Below, piece after piece: positions 38,572 through 51,600 of a stretch of 64,000 bases of DNA. The position numbers and the translations under genes were made by a program. Positions within the stretch are counted from its first letter, which is position 1; each line of letters opens with the position of its first letter. Below the pieces are notes generated by a model, which was not told the origin of the DNA, ran no database searches, and saw only the letters and a list, made by a program, of their open reading frames with translations. The DNA is from Chlorokybus atmophyticus (Eukaryota > Plantae > Mesostigma and Chlorokybus algae), in contig RHPI01003587.1 in the NCBI GenBank assembly GCA_009103225.1, forward strand, positions 62,001-126,000, in the 5' to 3' direction.

Positions 38572-40809
38572 GGGGGATACGTTTACTAATGTCGCATGAA
38601 CAAAAGGCGGCGGCCGTCTCGATGTGGCGATGGAAAACGTTGACTTGCATGTTGGCGCAAAGATTTGCTTATGAACTTGCATTAAAGCAGGCATTGATGC
38701 GCTTATGCGTGCTATAAATGGGTGCACTTATATAATGCTTCTGTGGCATGGGGCAACCTGTTACGTTAACTTCTATTATAGTTTTCGCAGCTAACAACGT
38801 TGTGTGCCAACCAGAAGGATTTTGGTGGGCTGAGGTCAATATTGCAGCGGGTTGGTGTGTCATTTGCATATATGCGCTGCGTGTCATACCGCTCAATATA
38901 AGTCTTATAACCGCCTTGTACCACACCACTCTCATTTCTTTTTTGCAATATCATGTGCATAATATAAATGTTGGCATTTGGCAATCTAATGTGGGGCACT
39001 TACCAAAAATGGAGCTTAAGACAAGCTCCATCCAGCAGCAGGCTGTTCTGCAGCATATGGCAATTTGCGCACTGCGTGTTAATGTCGTCAACATGTTTGC
39101 AGTGATCACAGTCTCGATGCATCACGACCCCTGTTAGCAAACACCTAGTAATGCGTCACCCAGAATGCGGCCACAAAAAAACTGGAGACAAACCTCACTT
39201 ATCGACGTAGCAAGCATTGCCCAGTGTAAGAACCAAGATGTTCTTGCACAGGCAGGTGCTACAACAATATCGCAGGCTCTAAGTGTGCATGCATAATGTA
39301 GATCGGTGTACACAACAACAATGTTGTAATTGCACATTTGTGACCAGCTTAGATATATTCAACAAGGGCTACAACGGTATCGCACCTCAGTTGCAAAATG
39401 CCCACAACGTCAGTCCTCGTTCCACCGCGGATGTCGCAGCACACCCTATTTAGCCTGGTGCACTAAAGCGACCTCGTGCACATGAGGTGTGTGCAACATA
39501 TTTTGTAAACGACTCATTGACGAAATGCCGATGTCACTGTGAAGCCATTGGGTGTTGCCTGATACCACTCAAGGATAGCTTAATAAGCGCCGTAGGCATT
39601 TTATTAACAATGATGCATACACTCGCAACCTCGCCCTCCAACGCTCAACACTGCGAGGCTTCCATCTCTAAGGACTACCATAGTGTCACAAAATCTTTGT
39701 AAAAGAGGCCTGTAAAATTAGTTATCTTAGTATTCGTAAGAAGGGCGCCAGCTTGTTACAGTGCATGATCGCTACAATGCATAGTGAGGGGTGCCAAAAA
39801 GTTAGTAGATATTTTGTATGATGCCCGCGCGGAGTTATTTTTGCTACAAGTTTTTTTGTGGCATTATAGTTGTGCATGCGCCACCCCGGTATGACGAGTG
39901 CGATGAGTTTATGAAGCACAGCCTATGGATGCGGACGGTATCATGCCTTTGTCACATAAGACACGTTGCATGTAGACGGATACTAATTGAGGGCTGGTCA
40001 ACAGAAGGATGGACTAAGTGGGGACTGATCAACCCTGCTAGACGCTAATGATTACGTGCACCTTACCCTTATGTTGGACGCCGGCAACAACTTGAAAAAG
40101 AAGAAGAACTCCTCGGGGATTCATTTTGCACATACACCATTCCCTCTTGGTCAAGGCAACCAAGGCTCCCTTGCAGCTGTGGAGATGTTAATATGCGCTA
40201 CTGGATTATGTGTTGGGCGCATATACTTGGTGGTGCTAGACGGCAAGAGGTCGTGTACAATAAGGAGAGTGGCATTGCAAGTCGCAACAGGCACTGCGAC
40301 CATTGCTGCTAGGTGACACGCTCCACATAGTTAGCATGTAATGTGCAGGACCACGGGCAATGGACCGTGCTTCTCATCGGCTATTGCTGTCACAAGGGTT
40401 CGCTGCTACCGCCCAAAGGTGGAGCTGTGCTGGTTGAAGGCTAATGGGAGTTGAAGTCCAGGGAGTGATGGCTGCACATAGTAGGTATGCTGTTGATTAT
40501 GACCCGTGCAATCTTAGCATCTTTTAATATTACCGATTGATTGCTGCGGATGTGAGCATATGACCAGTGTGCCAACAAATATAACAAAGCAGCAAAAGCG
40601 TGTGCCACCAAGTATATACATGTGGTGAGTTGTGTTGAAGGTCATTAGTGAATTTAAGTGTAGGCACCACAACTTGCTAACATACACAACATGCCAAGAT
40701 CTCATTAGCGAGACGAGTGTCAATAAAGTGACGTTTTCGAACTCTGTCAAGTAAGGCAATTATAACGATGCAAATGAAAGTAGCAACAGGCAGTGTGAAG
40801 CCCGTCTCC

Positions 40810-43086
40810 TGTTAGATGGTATAGCTGGATGAAAGAACATGTATAGGCGGCGCCTACATGTAGTTGGTACGATCAGCTAAACCTTTATAATTACAGGAGT
40901 TACGAGAGTTACGGGAGTTACGGCAGTTATGGTCATGATCAACTTTGACTTTGACCATTGACTTTAACCATTGACTAGTGTTGACTAGTGTTGACTTTGA
41001 TTAAAGTTGACTAGAGTTGACTAGTGCTGGGTAGCATAGTATATGAGACACTGTATACTGCTTAAAATAGTGGGTCGCACATTGTCTCCATAATTGGTGT
41101 GCTTGCTGCACTTGTCCTTAGTGTGCACACTTGTGTGTAGGAGGCAAATACACACACACTAGGCGCATCACTAGTTCTCAACAGGTTATGGGCCCACACT
41201 CGCTTGTGTGATCGCTTGTGCTAGTGAGAGAAAGTGTTGAGCATAGGCGCCTACTAGTAGAGTGTTTTTCGGGAGAGGGTGAGTTGTACTATTGTGTAGC
41301 AAGCAATAGCTGACACAGGAAGGATGCCCATCGTGTCTCTTGATCTGCACAACTACGCCTCATGGTCGCTGAAGATGAAGTTGGTGCTCATCCGCAAGAA
41401 GCTCTGAAGTTTTGTCGATCCCATCTCCTCCGCATCATTACGGCCAAGAACAGGTGACACTGGTACCTGGACAACGCACTCACAATCAGCTTTTGCGCTG
41501 ATAGGCTTACACGTTAAAGACTTCCATCTCCCTCTTATTGCGGATTGCAAGACTGGATGTGAGGCGTGGAAGGTCTTCGACACCATCTTTAAGGCCAACA
41601 GCAACTCGCGCAAGTTGCAGCTGAGACGCAAGCTGACACTTCTGAAGATGGAGCACAAAGAGCCAATCCAAAAGTACATCTCATGTGCAAGGGAGCTTTG
41701 GCAAGACCTTGCAGCAGTGGCCCACGATGTGAACGAAGAGGAGGTGATGTGGGCAGTCTTAGCTGGCTTAGCAAAAAAGCTTCGCTACGCTAGTGACTGT
41801 GTTTGAGTCCTTAGATGTGGTTTTGAAGTTTGCTGATGTTGTGCTTAAGCTGCTAGCTGTGGAAGGCAAGCTAGATGTTTAGGAGATAGAGAATGGTGGA
41901 GAACCTATCGCACTTGCTGCCTTATCTTCTCAACACACACGAAGCAGGAGCAAAGCAGGTGGTGGGAAGCCATTACGTGACAAAGAGTGTCACTACTGCA
42001 AGATAAAGGGCCACTTCATTCGCGAGTGCCAAAAGAGGATCCTCAATGAGGCAACTAAGGAGGAGCACGCCACGATGGCGATTGCTTTCTAACATTGGTG
42101 AGGACCTCAACGAGTTGCAGTGGATGGTGTTCGTCCGTCCTCTCCCACTGCAAGGGCACGTGAAGGACATGCGTAGACGGAGGTCGCAGACAGAAAGGTC
42201 TGTGAGAGTTACTGCTAACCTATGAGTAGTTGCTGGTGTTGAGCTGCATACACTAAAGGTTGCTTTGCTGTGGAGTTGTTTTGGGTAGCACACGGGTGTG
42301 CGAAACTAGTTACAACACTTCACTTGATTGGCATGTAAGGACTGAGTTGTATAGCTAGCTAACAGGAGATGGGAGGGGTGCTTTCTTTGGTAGAAGGGTG
42401 TGATCAACCCTTGTACGGCCTACACTCTGGTATAGCATTGCTAAGGTAGAGAACTCAGTGTAGTGTGTAGCATGGTGTGCCATTGAGGAAGTCTTCGAAA
42501 CCACCTGAGTAAGATTAGGCGTGGCGTGGTGGAACCTGATGCGACAACTATGAGGAGTATTGGAATCTTGTAGTCCTGCTGACAAGACAAGGAGAAGGAT
42601 GGTGTCATGGAGACAAGCATCAAGTCCGTGGCAGCAACACATCTGTGAGAGTGTTCAATGGAGTAAGTCAATATGGGTAAGCTTACGAGAAGAACTTGAA
42701 GTTCAAGGTCAAGCTACTCGCGTGGGAGTGTTAAGTGGTATAGTTCATTGAAAGAACATGTATAGGCGGCGCCTACATGTAGTTGGTACGATCAGCTTAA
42801 CCTTCATAGTCACAAGAGTTACGGGAGTTACGGCAGTTATGGTCAACCATGATCATACTTAACTTTGACCATTGACTAGTGTTGACTAGTGTTGACTTTG
42901 ACCAGAGTTGACTAGAGTTGACTAGTGCTTAGTAGCATAGCATATGAGACACTGTATACTGCTTAATACAGTGGGTTGCACATTGTCTCTATAGTTGGTG
43001 TGTTTGCTACACTTGTCCTTGGTGTTTGCACACTTGTATGTAGGAGGCAAATACACACACACTACGCGCATCACTAGTTCTCAACA
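40810..43086 (+). mobile_element. non-autonomous gag-only LTR element (family A, TR-GAG-like)
   Basis: LTRs 40810-41183 and 42729-43086 (TG...CA); perfect TSD TCTCC; PBS GGTTATGGGCCCA 41184-41196; gag remnant with ECHYCKIKGHFIREC; PPT CGCGTGGGAG; no recognisable INT/RT/RH. Confidence 0.92.
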
Positions 43087-43319
43087 TCTCCAATGTTGGC
43101 ATCCAATGTTCTTAGGAGCCACAACGTGTACAAATGACCCCTATGCCTTAGCAACTGCTGGAGACACCTGCTACACTGCCAAAGGGATTATGTAATGAAG
43201 CAGATCATCTTAATAAAGAATCTGACACTTGGTCCAAGGGGATTTATCTATGGTGATTGTAGACTGACAGCATATCCATCTTGTCGCACTACTCACTATA
43301 TTATTAGGCCTCCCATCTC

Positions 43320-46100
43320 TTCTTGGCCTTGTTGTTGACGGAATAGTGGTCTCCACACATTAGTCCATTTGTTCAGTTGCCATTAGCATCTTGTTCGAGT
43401 GGCATGATAGTGGCAGCGGCGTCAGATGTTGACTCCTCAATGAGGCCGACCTCGAGTAGTGCTTGGCAGCGTTGTTCAATTGAACATTTCTCCAGCTTGG
43501 ACAGCTTGTACTGTCGCCTAAAGACTGGCACTTCATTGATGAGGTCAATGTCCACACTGTAGACAGAGTAATTGCCCAATTTTTTGACATTGAAGCTAAT
43601 TTTTGCTCTCCACTTGTTCAGCAAGGCTTTTAGCTATTGTCGAATGGTATCGGTGACGAGGGGGCCCATGCTGTAATCCAAAAACAGTGGCATTGGCCTT
43701 TTAAAGGATGTCTTCAACAGTGACTGCGACCTGCTCCTCCGCACGAGCAATCTCGAGTGTTGTGTAGGTCGGGACGTGTTGAGGGCGATTGATCTACTCC
43801 CAATCATGTCCAAAGTCCTTTGGGGACACACGATGGTTATGAATGGCGCAACACGTCTCCAACAACCATACCATGCTTTTCCGATCCATGGTGCGGCCTA
43901 GCAATTGTCGCTGTTAACTGTCGTCAGGGTTGGAAAAGAACACAATGTGTGGGAAGAAACCCATCGCGCATTTGCGCTGTTGGGTATTCGGTTTTTGTAA
44001 CTAACCTGTGGTGCTGTCCCACACCATGCCCTCCCCCCAATCCCGGAAGGCGTATGTGCCACGGTATAAGACCCGTGTAGGGCGCAACGAGGTTGGTTGG
44101 GTGGGTTGCACGGGTAGCCTTGTGATCGTGGTCAAGGATGGCATCCACCTTAAGGCCCTGTGAGCGTGTCCCAAATTGATGTTCTGCCATAAACAATTCT
44201 TCCACAGCAGCCATGTTGGTCAACGTGGCTCGAATGCCGTGTGCGCATGACTCGTGACGTGTTGCGTTATTGATGCGCTACGTGTGTTGGCACCTACTAT
44301 CACGATTACAATGACAGGGAGTTTTGTAGCAATGCTGTTGCTAGTATACTTGGTTGGCAAGAGCCAAGCCTCCTTTGAGCAGCTAATTTCGCTGCCGGCA
44401 GGAAAGGTCCAACTTCAGCCTAAAAATCCTGTTGTAACTACGGGGACCCGCAACCACACCGTGCCAATCCACCGAAGTGGTGTGAGTAGAGTCGAGACCC
44501 ACTAGGGTGACAAAAATGGCACGCATTGCAATGCCAAATTCTTGTTGCTCATTATTTATGAGTGTTGAGGGAGTACGGGCACAATAGCTCTATGGTGACG
44601 TCAAGGGTGCGCGCGAGGTGCTTGCCAATGAGCACGGGCTGTGCGCCGGTGTCCAGCAATACTCTCACTGGTGCTATGCTATTGATGAGCACGTGCTTAC
44701 CTTGGTGGGCGGTCATGACAGCGTTGGCTGAGATGCTAAGTGATTCATAAGTATTGAGGATATTCTCGAGTCTGATTAGCTCGCCCTGTGGTTGAGGATA
44801 GTTTGCCAGAAGATGCAGTGGAGAAGGGTCCAGGCGCGAACTTTAGTTGAGAAGATCAGGGCGCAGACATAAGTCGAGTCGAGAAAGTTTTGGGCGTGGC
44901 GGTAGAACTTTTTCAGATCGGTGGTTACGTCACTACATGATGCGTGAAAGCTTGTTGAAAAGCTCCAAAAGGTAGCTATGTGGAACAACTTGGAGCGCAG
45001 GAGTTGGTTAACATCTACATCCCTAGTGTTAAGTGTAGAAGACGTGATGGCCACTAGAGTAGACAGGTGCAACTGGCAGGTATAAAAGCCCGCAGCATGA
45101 CTTCATTGTAATCCTGATAGAGCCTTTGCTATTAGGCTTGTGTGTATGCTCGAGTACAACGTGTGTACTTGTGCTTGCATTAACTCCATGCATGATCAGT
45201 TGATGTTCAGTAGAGGAAGAGAAGGGTGTGGAGGCAAGGGCAATAGTGGGTTGTGCTGCCACAGCTGTGCGCTTGTTTGTGCCGGATGAGTCATTGAGTC
45301 GTGGTTGGTATGTCGGGCCCGAGGCGGCGCCAACTAATGGTGGTGGTGGGTGCAAAGGTCCTACTCCACCAGCTGTTGGTAAAGGCAGAGGTAGAACTCA
45401 CACACGAGTTACATGCGACACACAGCTTATGCTGGGGGGTCGCTATGGGTCGATCGCATGGTGGCTATGCCCAGCACCCAAGTGCATTACAATACAAGTG
45501 TACAAGTGCATAGTTATAGGCTGATGTACACACAAGTCTACACTAGAGTGCTAGGCTACAATTATTGGAACTATTTTTTCACATCAGGTGCGAAATTCAC
45601 GCGCTTTTTGGGTCTTCGATTGGGTGACGGTACCATCGCCGCTAATGCAGAGGTCAGAGCCTGAGAAGCCTGTACACCTGCAAAATAAACCACACTTGAC
45701 ACCCACACCAAGGATGGCGCCGCTGTGCTAGGGTTTCATGTAAGTAGATAAGGAGTGTGAGACTCACAACTCACACCTAGTTAGTGCTTGTGCCCCAAGT
45801 GCGCAAGGCATTGGGAGCACAAGAGTTTCATAACTTATTAACGAGTTTTTGCGATTATAGGCGCGCATTTCATTCACTTCATGAACTCACATACCTCCTT
45901 GGTAGTGTCCGTGTGGACCGAGCCCTTCAGCTGGTTGGCGAGGGTAGGCACGCCAGTCCAGCTCCCTCAAGTTGTTGAAGCGCACTGCGTGAGTAGATTT
46001 TGTGATCAACATGGCGTCATATGTGGCGATGGGCTAGTTGTAGTAGTTGTGGAACTCGTCCGCTCGAGGCATGAGCTCATTACACAGGTGGCCTTCAGCT
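43320..46100 (-). mobile_element. second Gypsy-DNMT family copy (protease, DNMT C-terminal half, RT start)
   Basis: Minus: VLLDTGAQPVLIG (~44650); AHGIRATLTNMAAVEEL and QLLGRTMDRKSM (DNMT VIII, X); LNKWRAKISFNVKKLG..EVGLIEESTSD matching 17710-17910. Right boundary uncertain. Confidence 0.8.
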
Positions 46101-46425
46101 GCTAACTGAAGCTATTGCGTGCAACCATGCATGGCATACAACATAGACACGCAATGGTGGAACTTGTACTGCGCAGCACCAGTATAGAACTCACTTTGGA
46201 GTAAATTGTACAAAAAGGACGCGAGCCGCGTCGGCGCTGGGCCTTAACTGTGGGTCCTACAAAAAGACCACCCTGGACTAAAACAGCTATAACCGTGTTG
46301 AGTAGCTGATTTGATGTCACAAGATCAGAAAGCTAGCTTAGAGTCATAATAGTTTTCATAGACAAGATTGACTACATATATGTCATGAGAGTTATATAAT
46401 CCACACATAATATGATCTATTTTCA

Positions 46426-47300
46426 ATACTCCTATATAAGCATCTTGGCTAGTTTCTTACTCCAAGTCTTTGCTTCAATGTCTAATCCCTCACAACAATA
46501 CTCCTGTATACTCCTATATAAGCATCTTGGCTAGCTTCTTACTTAAAGTCTTTGCTTCAATGTCTAGTCCCTCACAACAGGTCTTAAATTTCATGGTAGA
46601 CGATGCCTCGGTTATGTAACTAGCCAGCATGTCTTCAATTCTACAATAACTGAACTTTAACTCTACTCTTGCCACTCTGTGACTCTCACAAACTGATGAT
46701 GCATATCCATGTGCTTGCCTTTTAGTGAGAAAATTGGGTTCCTCAGCAACTTCACAGCTCCCTAGTTGTCGTAGACAATTGCCACTCTATATGGAAAATG
46801 TCCAAGATCCGCCACCAGTCTCTTTGGTCCAAGTACTACCTTAGCATCTGAAGCAAATGCCACGTGCTTTGCTTCTGCAGTGGATGCGAACACAATAGCC
46901 TACATCTTGCTCATCACCCCACCACCAAGCTTGTACGCATAACCAATAGTTGAGCTTCGTACATTAGCATCACCAGCATAGTTTGCACCATAATAGCCTT
47001 ATAGATCTAAACAATGAGAAGCTTACACATGCACAAATGCAAACAACATCATCGTCAAGACTGGTTTTATACCCTCCAGCTACACATGCTTCTACTCCAG
47101 AGTGTATTGCATGTAGTACACTCGATCGTAACCTGCGCATTGAGTTGCGCCACGTAGCTAGCCTTAAGAGCTTTATATCAAGCCGCCATATATGCCATAT
47201 GGTAGAGTAGCCGCCAGCTATCTATTATCATTCTTCTAGCCGCACCAAAAGCTTTTAGACTCGAATCCGCGCCACGCTTGGCCTTCTGTTAACCAAAGTC
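46426..47300 (-). mobile_element. Copia RT/RNase H relic with tandem duplication of its 3' end
   Basis: Minus GYYGANYAGD..RSSTIGY and KHMDMHHQFVR; 72-bp unit repeated at 46426-46497 and 46508-46579. Confidence 0.75.
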
Positions 47301-47542
47301 CTCACCTGAACATTCTCGAGTCTTCGCCTCAAAACCTTTTGACGGCTATCCCAACATTCTATAAAGGGCAAGCTGACTTACTGACCTGCTAGCCTATATG
47401 TAGAAATATCCTCAACAAGCCTTGCAGCTCCACACTGCCCCAACCACACTTGATGCCCATTACTGCAAATGTTTGTAAATAGTGCAGTGTTGAAGGTTAA
47501 GCATATGAGGTTTGCTAATATAGTATGCTTATAATACAATTA

Positions 47543-47885
47543 GCTTGTTGATGTTACTTAGACCGTATGCAGCGGTTACGCTATGGGAGTTACTTTCAAT
47601 TGAAGTTATGACAGTTATGGTCAACTGAAACCGCTGACTAGTGTTAACTTTAGCTGTTGGCTTGTGTTGATTAGAGTTGACTCTGAGTAGAGTTGACTCG
47701 CTCTTTTTTATGTTTAGTAGCTTAGCATACAAGTCACTACATGCGGCGCACACAAGTGGCAATTGCAATACATTTCTTTTTGATATTGACATGCTCATAT
47801 GTTACACTTAGTGTTCCCCTAGTGGGAGCGCATGTGTAAGGTAGGGCGCATACGAGCTAACTAGTCTTAACAAATTATGGGCCCA
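47543..47885 (+). mobile_element. Copia-type LTR (family C) with degenerate PBS
   Basis: Ends CTTAACA (47872) followed by AATTATGGGCCCA; shares GTTAC/TTGAC arrays with families A and B. Start approximate. Confidence 0.7.
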
Positions 47886-48240
47886 CACATACTAAGGAGC
47901 GTGTGAAGTTGTGGTTGCTAGTAAGGGAGTAGGTTGCAAGTTCTGTGTGTACTGGAGGGGCAACCAAACCGGAGGCATGGACAACAACTTGTTGCAAGGT
48001 CATCGGCGAGCCAGTGGATGTGGACAACTACAGTACATTATGTATCAAGATGGAATTGTTGCTTGTACACAAGGACATGTAGATGTATGTGAACCCCGAG
48101 GAGGAAGTGCCTTCAGGGAAGGAGGAGAAAATGGTGGCAATCTCCTGGTAATGTTGAAAGCTGGGTAAATCTAGCTTGATGCCCAGTGCGAGCATTAGCG
48201 TTGGTGCAGGCGTTCTTTATCTATTATCATCTATAAAAGT

Positions 48241-48648
48241 CAAGCTGATCGTACCAACTACATGTAGGCGCCGCCTATACATGTACTTTCAACGAGCTAT
48301 ACCATTTAACACTCCCACGCGAGCAGCTTGACCTTGAACTTCAAGATCTTCTCGCAAGCTTACCCACATTAACTTACTCCATCGAACACTCCCACGGATC
48401 TGTTGCTGCCACGGACTTGATGCTTGTCTCCATGGCACCATCCTTCTCCTCGTGCTGCCAAAGGAACTATATAGTTCCAATACTCCTTGTTTCCTCCTCA
48501 TAATTGTCGCATCAGGTTCCACCACGCCACGCCTGACCTTGCTCAAGTGGTTTCGAAGACTCCCTCAATGGCAAACTGTGCTATAAACTACACTGAGTTC
48601 TCTACCTTAGCAATGCTGTACCAGAGTGTAGGCCGTGCAAGGGTTGAT
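48241..48648 (-). mobile_element. family A fragment (3' internal region, PPT, first 70 bp of LTR)
   Basis: Reverse complement of 53550-53955-like sequence; LTR start at 48311. Confidence 0.88.
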
Positions 48649-48664
48649 CATATGGGAGGCATCT

Positions 48665-51600
48665 GAGTTATGGTCAACGGTCGTTACGGGAGTTACGGGA
48701 GTTACAGTCAACCTTGGTCAACGTTGACTTTGACTTTGACTTTGACCATTGATTTTGACTTTGACTAGTGTTGACTTTGACTGGAGTTGACTAGTGTTGA
48801 CTAGTGTGACTAGCACTCATTAGTGTACTATCTAAGACACTGTATGTTGTGTAATACAGTAAGATCTGCTCTTCACTTGTTGGCGCCACACTTGTGCGTG
48901 TGCATTGTTGCTACTGTGCAATCTCTCAATAGGTTATGGGCCCATATTAGCGCTAGCATAGCACACACAAGTTGGTATAGCTTGGGGAGGCGCCGTCGTC
49001 ATTACAGGCTAGCAAAGGAAGCATGGCGACCAGCTACGACAAGGTGAATGTCGAATCACTGGACCTGGATAACTATGGGACATGGAGCATCCGAATGCAG
49101 ATGCTACTCATGCACAAAGATCTATGGTCGGTGGTGGATCCCACGGAGCGCCCTCTTGACTTGGAGGACGCACCCACCAAAGAAAAACTCCAATCAGGCA
49201 CATGCGTTGATAGGATGGAATGTGGTGCAGCATCACTTAGCGCTTGTTGCGCGTTGCAAGTCTGTTAGAGAATTGTGGCAAAAGTTTTCTAAGGTTTATA
49301 AGGCCAAGAACAATGCTATGAAGTTGCAGTTGAGGAAGCAGTTAAATGCTTTACGAAAGGATGCTGCCGAACCTGTCATGAAATTCATCTCACATGCCAG
49401 GCAGCTGTGGGACGACTTGCTTGCCATTGGACCTGAAGTGAAGGAGGTGGAGGTGGTCTGGGTCATCCTTGCTGGCTTGCCCAAGGAGTTCGAGATCATC
49501 GTCACTATTATGGAGTCAACCAGTAAGGAGCTCACCCTCAAGACCATCACTCCACGCCTACTTCAAGTCGAGCAACGCGCATCCACTTCACACCAGGATG
49601 AGGCTGAAGCAGTGGCATTCGCGGCACAATCCAATCCACGCTTCAACAACAACAATGGTGGTGGGAAAAAGGAGACGCGTAACAGCCACTACTGCGACAA
49701 GAAGGGACACTTAAAGAAGGACTGCCGACAGTAGAAGCGCGATTAGCAACAGAAACAAGGTTCTAATATGCATGCTGTAGCACTTGCTGCTAGCACTACT
49801 GCTATCGAGAGCGCTTGGTTGTTGGATTCTGCGTGCACCCAGCATATGACCCCACATAGACATGAGTTCCAGGAATATCATGCTCTGAGCGCTGCTGCTG
49901 CTGTGAAAGTGAGCTTTGGTAACAAGCTGCACTTGCAAGCTGTGGGAGTGGGCACCGTCATTCTACACATAAAGGTGGCGGGCGCTACACAAGAAGTGGC
50001 CCTGAAAGAGGTAATCCACGTGGCGGGACTAGCCTCCAGCCTGTCTTCTGTCCGAAGAGCTACAAGCGCGGGCGGCAAAGTTGACTTAACTGCTGCGAAG
50101 TGTCAAGTTGAAAAACATCATTGTTGTGGAGGGCACACTGCTAGGAAGTCTGTATTGCATCCAACTGGACCGGCCGCATGCGATGTCTGCGGCAGTCACT
50201 GCATTAGCAACAGCACTTCTATGGCATCGGCGATTCGGACAACTTGGGTGGGACAACATGGCAAGATTGGTGGCTGAAGGCATGGTGAATAAGATCAACA
50301 TACAAGTGGAGGACATGAAAGCAGCAAAAGGTGATCTATGCGAGACGTGTGTGTTGAGCAAGATGCCTAGGCAACCCTTTCCCACGTCTTACCGCACCTG
50401 TACAGCACCCTTGCAGTTCGTACACATGGACGTGTGCGGACCCATGCCAATTGCATCCGTAGGAGGAAGTTGATACGTTGCCACTTTCTTAGATGACTTC
50501 AGCAAGCTATCTACCATTGTACCTGTTGCTGCGAAATCAGATGTTGCTGCTGTAGTCAAGAGGACTCTCACTTCACTGGCTACACAAGCAAAGACAAAGG
50601 AATTGGCATTGAGAAGTCATCGGGGCGCCAAAAACCTCAACCACACCTTGAAAAGCTACCTGGAAGAGCTCAGTATCAAGCATGAGACCACTGCACCTTA
50701 CACCCCTGAGCAAAATGGTGCTGCTGAGCGTCTCAACCGCACACTTGTGGAGTGTGTGCGTGCCATGCTTACAGATACAAAGCTGAAGAAAGCTTTATGG
50801 GCTGAGGCATTTGCCACGGCCAACTACATCCGTGACAGGTCTCCTACGAGCAACAAAGCCAAGACCCCGTGGGAGTTGTTTCATGGTGAGAAGCCCAATG
50901 TTACGCACATGCGTGTGTTTGGAGCCAAGGCATATCCGCACGTCCTTAAGCACTTGAGGAGGAAGCTGGAGAATGTGAGGGAGACAGGCGTCTTTGTATA
51001 ATATGAGCCCAACTCCAAGGCGTACAGGATCTTGCATGCGGACGGCAAGATTATAATTCGAAGGGATGTTGTCTTCGACGAGAAGATGGTGGCAACAACA
51101 TTGACAACACCTTCACCAATTATGGACATTGACATTACCGATAAGCCGAAAGTCGTCGTCGCACCACTTGTCAATATGCAGGTCCCCTGGCGATGCGCAA
51201 CACCTCGAGGAGGAAGTGATTGCACCTGTTGAGGAGCAAGAGAGGCGCTACCCTCCACGAACGCAAGCGCCACCACACTTCACCCAAAGGTTTCAGGCTA
51301 TGAGCGCTGATATCATTGAGGAGAAAGAGCCAAGCACCTACCATAAGGCCATCACAGCTCCGGATGCAGAGTTGTGGCGTAGGGCCATGGAAAGATTGCT
51401 TCGCTTCACGCCAACCAGACTTGAGCACTTGAGCAGGTTCCACAAGGTGTGAAGCCTATACCTGTCAAGTGGGTGTTCAAGATCGAGCGTGACGGCAAGG
51501 GCAACATCGAGCGCTACAAGGTGCGACTTGTGGCAAAGGGATTCCTTCAACAAGTGGGAGTTGACTAAAAGGAGGTGTGAAGCCTATACCTGTCAAGTGG

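Noticed and set aside
39800-39990. PPGMTS / QPMD fragments resembling a pogo/Tc1 DDE transposase
   Set aside because: Different frames, wrong spacing, no other motifs or TIRs seen.
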